Positions 55,424-64,000 of a stretch of 64,000 nucleotides of DNA are shown piece after piece (position 1 is the first letter of the stretch; each line of letters begins with the position of its first letter). This stretch comes from the human T2T-CHM13v2.0 reference genome, Homo sapiens: the NCBI RefSeq assembly GCF_009914755.1, contig NC_060948.1; one strand, 5' to 3'. The notes under the pieces were generated by a model. It was not told the DNA's origin and searched no databases. It saw only the letters and a list, made by a program, of their open reading frames with translations. The position numbers were made by a program, and so were the translations under genes.

Positions 55424-57521
55424 AGATCCATATTTTTTAAGTGAAAAAAATTTCAAAGGTACTCTGCTTGGTACAATAATCAAATGTATAAACTGAGGAA
55501 TAAAACATAACCATGAAACCTGCTTATAACTGCATATGGAAAATACAGAGGATAATTTTTTAAATAACATATTTTGAAAGCCTTAACTAGTAATTTGAAG
55601 AGTTGGCATTTGAAAGGCCAGTATGAATATACCTTCAAAGCAGCAACACAGGTTCCCCATGAGAAAAAGCAAACACAGGGAAAATAAAAACACAAAGGTT
55701 CAATCTCTTCTGACCTTTGAAAGACACAGCACAGACAGTGGTCCTTAGGACGAAGAGCAGGAGACCCCTAATTCCGTCACCATGGCGATAGGGCATAAAC
55801 ATTGCTGGGTGAGGGCACAATCCACATTGTGAGGTCCAACTGCTGCCAGGAAGACAGGAGTGCTTTTACATAGACCGAAAGGTCATTGAAGGCTCAGAGT
55901 TTTGTTTCAAGAACTGAATCCCAAGCCCACACGTTATTAGGCTGCGCTTCTTAAAACAAGTTATGAGATGGGAAAAAGGGCACCCACAAACATACGTATA
56001 CATTATGTATATAATAATATACAGTATCATATATATAATATATATAACCTATGTATAATATTGTTTTACATCCTGGATCTTATGTTATATATATTGTATA
56101 AAATATAATAATTGATAATATATAAGTTTTATAATTATACAATATGACATATAGTATATATTATAATTTATGACATATATAATATATGTTATATGTCATA
56201 TATAGAATATATTATACGGTTAATATACGTATTAAATATAAATTATACATTATATATTATATATAATATATCTGTTATATATAATACCCATTATGCATAA
56301 TATATATATTATGTCTATGTTATATATAGTATAAAACAACATATAATAATATATAATTGTATATATAAAATGCGACATATAATATATATTATATTTTATA
56401 ACATATTTAATATATATTATATATTATATATAATATGTTGTATGTATAATACCTATATTAAATATATATTATGTGACTATGTTATTAATTACATGTCACA
56501 TGTGTTATATATTATATATTTTACATAGAATATACCGGTTACATACAATATATACTATGTTACCTATAATGTATAATTTATTACATGTAAAATAAAGAAT
56601 GCAATATATTATGTATAATTTATAATATACAATATGTGGAATGTGATATATATAACATATAATATATGATATATGATATACAGTATATGATATATAACAT
56701 ACAATATATGATTCCTAATATATATGGTATACAATATATATTTTATGATATGTATTCTATATGTTTTATATTCTGTTATATATAACTATTTGAAATTATA
56801 TATAACTGTATAATATTTTATGTAAATATGTAATATAATATATATAACTATATAATATATTATATATAACTATATATTATGTTATATATACTTTTATAAC
56901 ATAATTTACATAAAATATCATAATATAATATATATTATATTATTTCATATTACATAATATATATTACATATCACCCAATATAACTAACATACATAATATT
57001 ATAATATAGATTATATTGTGTTATATTAAATATCATATATATCATGTATCATATATTCTATAATATATATTACACATTATATAATATGTATGTTGTCTAT
57101 TATGTGATATATATAACTCTATATATAATTATATTTTTATACATATAACTAGATAAACATGTAATTCTACATATTTTCATTTATAATATGTAGAATTATA
57201 TAATCATATATAATTATTTATATTCTATAAAAAATTTTATCATTATATAAATTATAATATATAAAAATTATAGTACTACAAATATATATATTATATATCA
57301 TATATGATATAGTACCTTTGTTATATATCATAATACATATAAATGTGTATTATGTTATCTATAATTATATAATTTCATATATAAGATGTATAATATGTAT
57401 CATATATTATATATGTTATGTAATATATATAGTATATATAAGATGACACAGGATAAATATTATATACTATGACATATAAAATATATGAGGTTATATGTTA
57501 CATATAAGGCATAGCACATAA

Positions 57522-57836
<315 letters not shown>

Positions 57837-59961
57837 AGATCCATATTTTTTAAATGAAAAAAAATTTCAAAGGTACTCTGCTTGGTACAATAATCAAATG
57901 TATAAACTGAGGAATAAAACATAACCATGAAACCTACTTATAAATGCATATGGAAAATACAGAGGATAATTTTTTAAATAACATATTTTGAAAGCCTTAA
58001 CTAGTAATTTGAAGAGTTGGCATTTGAAAGGCCAGTATGAATATACCTTCAAAGCAGCAACACAGGTTCCCCATGAGAAAAAGCAAACACAGGGAAAATA
58101 AAAACACAAAGGTTCAATCTCTTCTGACCTTTGAAAGACACAGCACAGACAGTGGTCCTTAGGACGAAGAGCAGGAGACCCCTAATTCCGTCACCATGGC
58201 GATAGGGCATAAACATTGCTGGGTGAGGGCACAATCCACATTGTGAGGTCCAACTGCTGCCAGGAAGACAGGAGTGCTTTTACATAGACCGAAAGGTCAT
58301 TGAAGGCTCAGAGTTTTGTTTCAAGAACTGAATCCCAAGCCCACACGTTATTAGGCTGCGCTTCTTAAAACAAGTTATGAGATGGGAAAAAGGGCACCCA
58401 CAAACATACGTATACATTATGTATATAATAATATACAGTATCATATATACAATATATATAACCTATGTATAATATTGTTTTACATCCTGCATCTTATGTT
58501 ATATATATTGTATAAAATATAATAATTGATAATATATAAGTTTTATAATTATACAATATGACATATAGTATATATTATAATTTATGACATATATAATATA
58601 TGTTATATATCATATATAGAATATATTATACGGTTAATATACGTATTAAATATAAATTATACATTATATATATTATATATAATATACTGTTATATATAAT
58701 ACCCATTATGCATAATATATATATTATGTCTATGTTATATATAGTATAAAACAACATATAATAATATATAATTGTATATAAAATGCGACATATAATATAT
58801 ATTATATTTTATAACATATGTACTATATATTATATATTATATATAATACGTTGTATGTATAATACCTATATTAAATATATATTATATGACTATGTTATTA
58901 ATTACCTGTCACATGTGTTATATATTATATATTTTACATAGAATATACCGGTTACATACAATATATACTATGTTACCTATAATGTATAATTTATTACATG
59001 TAAAATAAAGAATGCAATATATTATGTATAATTTATAATATACAATATGTGGAATGTGATATATATAACATATAATATATGATATATGATATACAGTATA
59101 TGATATATAACATACAATATATGATTCCTAATATATATGGTATACAATATATATTTTATGATATGTATTCTATATGTTTTATATTCTGTTATATATAACT
59201 ATTTGAAATTATATATAACTGTATAATATTTTATGTAAATATGTAATATAATATATATAACTATATAATATATTATATATAACTATATATTATGTAATAT
59301 ATACTTTTATAACATAATTTACATAAAATATCATAATATAATATATATTATATTATTTCATATTACATAATATATATTACATATCACCCAATATAACTAA
59401 CATACATAATATTATAATATAGATTATATTGTGTTATATTAAATATCATATATATCATGTATCATATATTCTATAATATATATTACACATTATATAATAT
59501 GTATGTTGTCTATTATGTGATATATATAACTCTATATATAATTATATTTTTATACATATATCTAGATAAACATGTAATTCTACATATTTTCATTTATAAT
59601 ATGTAGAATTATATAATCATATATAATTATTTATATTCTATAAAAAATTTTATCATTATATAAATTATAATATATAAAAATTATAATATGTACTACAAAT
59701 ATATATATTATATATCATATATGATATAGTACCTTTGTTATATATCATAATACATATAAATGTGTATTATGTTATCTATAATTATATAATTTCATATATA
59801 AGATGTATAATATGTATCATATATTATATATGTTATGTAATATATATAGTATATATAAGATGACACAGGATAAATATTATATACTATGACATATAAGATA
59901 TATGAGGTTATATGTTACATATAAGGCATAGCACATAACATGTAATATATACCATATATAA

Positions 59962-60253
59962 TTTTTTTTTAGACAGAATCTTGTCCTGTTGCACAGGGTG
60001 GGGTACAATGGCGCCATCTTTGCTCACTGCAACTTCTGCCTCACGGGTCCAAGCGATTGTCCTCCCTCAGCCTCCCAGGTAGCTGGGACTACACCACACT
60101 GGGACTACACCAGCTGCCACCATGCCTAGCTAATTTTTTGGATTTTTAGTAGTGACAGCCTTTCACTGTATTGGCCAGGATGGTCTTGATCTCTTCACCT
60201 TGTGATCCCCTTGCCTTGGCCTCCAAATTTGCTGGGATTACAGGCCTGAGCCA
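59962..60253 (-). mobile_element. Alu copy in U25
   Basis: Same Alu landmarks as U1. Confidence 0.92.
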
Positions 60254-62352
60254 AGATCCATATTTTTTAAGTGAAAAAAAATTTCAAAGGTACTCTGCTT
60301 GGTACAATAATCAAATGTATAAACTGAGGAATAAAACATAACCATGAAACCTGCTTATAACTGCATATGGAAAATACAGAGGATAATTTTTTAAATAACA
60401 TATTTTGAAAGCCTTAACTAGTAATTTGAAGAGTTGGCATTTGAAAGGCCAGTATGAATATACCTTCAAAGCAGCAACACAGGTTCCCCATGAGAAAAAG
60501 CAAACACAGGGAAAATAAAAACACAAAGGTTCAATCTCTTCTGACCTTTGAAAGACACAGCACAGACAGTGGTCCTTAGGACGAAGAGCAGGAGACCCCT
60601 AATTCCGTCACCATGGCGATAGGGCATAAACATTGCTGGGTGAGGGCACAATCCACATTGTGAGGTCCAACTGCTGCCAGGAAGACAGGAGTGCTTTTAC
60701 ATAGACCGAAAGGTCATTGAAGGCTCAGAGTTTTGTTTCAAGAACTGAATCCCAAGCCCACACGTTATTAGGCTGCGCTTCTTAAAACAAGTTATGAGAT
60801 GGGAAAAAGGGCACCCACAAACATACGTATACATTATGTATATAATAATATACAGTATCATATATATAATATATATAACCTATGTATAATATTGTTTTAC
60901 ATCCTGCATCTTATGTTATATATATTGTATAAAATATAATAATTGATAATATATAAGTTTTATAATTATACAATATGACATATAGTATATATTATAATTT
61001 ATGACATATATAATATATGTTATATGTCATATATAGAATATATTATACGGTTAATATACGTATTAAATATAAATTATACATTATATATTATATATAATAT
61101 ATCTGTTATATATAATACCCATTATGCATAATATATATATTATGTCTATGTTATATATAGTATAAAACAACATATAATAATATATAATTGTATATATAAA
61201 ATGCGACATATAATATATATTATATTTTATAACATATTTAATATATATTATATATTATATATAATATGTTGTATGTATAATACCTATATTAAATATATAT
61301 TATGTGACTATGTTATTAATTACATGTCACATGTGTTATATATTATATATTTTACATAGAATATACCGGTTACATACAATATATACTATGTTACCTATAA
61401 TGTATAATTTATTACATGTAAAATAAAGAATGCAATATATTATGTATAATTTATAATATACAATATGTGGAATGTGATATATATAACATATAATATATGA
61501 TATATGATATACAGTATATGATATATAACATACAATATATGATTCCTAATATATATGGTATACAATATATATTTTATGATATGTATTCTATATGTTTTAT
61601 ATTCTGTTATATATAACTATTTGAAATTATATATAACTGTATAATATTTTATGTAAATATGTAATATAATATATATAACTATATAATATATTATATATAA
61701 CTATATATTATGTTATATATACTTTTATAACATAATTTACATAAAATATCATAATATAATATATATTATATTATTTCATATTACATAATATATATTACAT
61801 ATCACCCAATATAACTAACATACATAATATTATAATATAGATTATATTGTGTTATATTAAATATCATATATATCATGTATCATATATTCTATAATATATA
61901 TTACACATTATATAATATGTATGTTGTCTATTATGTGATATATATAACTCTATATATAATTATATTTTTATACATATAACTAGATAAACATGTAATTCTA
62001 CATATTTTCATTTATAATATGTAGAATTATATAATCATATATAATTATTTATATTCTATAAAAAATTTTATCATTATATAAATTATAATATATAAAAATT
62101 ATAGTACTACAAATATATATATTATATATCATATATGATATAGTACCTTTGTTATATATCATAATACATATAAATGTGTATTATGTTATCTATAATTATA
62201 TAATTTCATATATAAGATGTATAATATGTATCATATATTATATATGTTATGTAATATATATAGTATATATAAGATGACACAGGATAAATATTATATACTA
62301 TGACATATAAAATATATGAGGTTATATGTTACATATAAGGCATAGCACATAA

Positions 62353-62667
<315 letters not shown>

Positions 62668-64000
62668 AGATCCATATTTTTTAAATGAAAAAAAATTTCA
62701 AAGGTACTCTGCTTGGTACAATAATCAAATGTATAAACTGAGGAATAAAACATAACCATGAAACCTACTTATAAATGCATATGGAAAATACAGAGGATAA
62801 TTTTTTAAATAACATATTTTGAAAGCCTTAACTAGTAATTTGAAGAGTTGGCATTTGAAAGGCCAGTATGAATATACCTTCAAAGCAGCAACACAGGTTC
62901 CCCATGAGAAAAAGCAAACACAGGGAAAATAAAAACACAAAGGTTCAATCTCTTCTGACCTTTGAAAGACACAGCACAGACAGTGGTCCTTAGGACGAAG
63001 AGCAGGAGACCCCTAATTCCGTCACCATGGCGATAGGGCATAAACATTGCTGGGTGAGGGCACAATCCACATTGTGAGGTCCAACTGCTGCCAGGAAGAC
63101 AGGAGTGCTTTTACATAGACCGAAAGGTCATTGAAGGCTCAGAGTTTTGTTTCAAGAACTGAATCCCAAGCCCACACGTTATTAGGCTGCGCTTCTTAAA
63201 ACAAGTTATGAGATGGGAAAAAGGGCACCCACAAACATACGTATACATTATGTATATAATAATATACAGTATCATATATATAATATATATAACCTATGTA
63301 TAATATTGTTTTACATCCTGCATCTTATGTTATATATATTGTATAAAATATAATAATTGATAATATATAAGTTTTATAATTATACAATATGACATATAGT
63401 ATATATTATAATTTATGACATATATAATATATGTTATATATCATATATAGAATATATTATACGGTTAATATACGTATTAAATATAAATTATACATTATAT
63501 ATATTATATATAATATACTGTTATATATAATACCCATTATGCATAATATATATATTATGTCTATGTTATATATAGTATAAAACAACATATAATAATATAT
63601 AATTGTATATAAAATGCGACATATAATATATATTATATTTTATAACATATGTACTATATATTATATATTATATATAATACGTTGTATGTATAATACCTAT
63701 ATTAAATATATATTATATGACTATGTTATTAATTACATGTCACATGTGTTATATATTATATATTTTACATAGAATATACCGGTTACATACAATATATACT
63801 ATGTTACCTATAATGTATAATTTATTACATGTAAAATAAAGAATGCAATATATTATGTATAATTTATAATATACAATATGTGGAATGTGATATATATAAC
63901 ATATAATATATGATATATGATATACAGTATATGATATATAACATACAATATATGATTCCTAATATATATGGTATACAATATATATTTTATGATATGTATT

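Overview
The whole 64 kb window is one uninterrupted, head-to-tail tandem array of a ~2.42 kb composite satellite unit: 26 complete units (U1-U26, 2413-2422 bp) plus a partial U27, all in the same orientation. Each unit has a ~570 bp moderately GC 'HSATI-like' segment, a ~1.56 kb extremely AT-rich degenerate (TA)n block, and a diverged, slightly 5'-truncated AluY/Sc-type element on the minus strand carrying an internal 16-bp duplication. Unit size, composition and the HaeIII map (2144-bp major fragment) match human DYZ2/HSat1B, most likely from Yq12 heterochromatin. No credible protein-coding or RNA gene is present; the ORF track is the same spurious TTG-initiated ORFs repeated in every unit. 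I found no new gene system. The informative signal is in the unit-to-unit variants: a near-identical triplet (U2-4), a related cluster (U10-13), a duplicated 4-unit block (~9.67 kb, U15-18/U19-22), a duplicated 2-unit block (4831 bp, U24-25/U26-27), chimeric units, outlier units and repeated CpG loss. Unit starts used (at AAGGCCAGTATG): 1, 2419, 4837, 7255, 9673, 12093, 14506, 16926, 19339, 21759, 24179, 26599, 29016, 31438, 33851, 36264, 38684, 41102, 43522, 45935, 48355, 50775, 53195, 55614, 58028, 60445, 62859. All variant calls were read by eye and should be confirmed by alignment.
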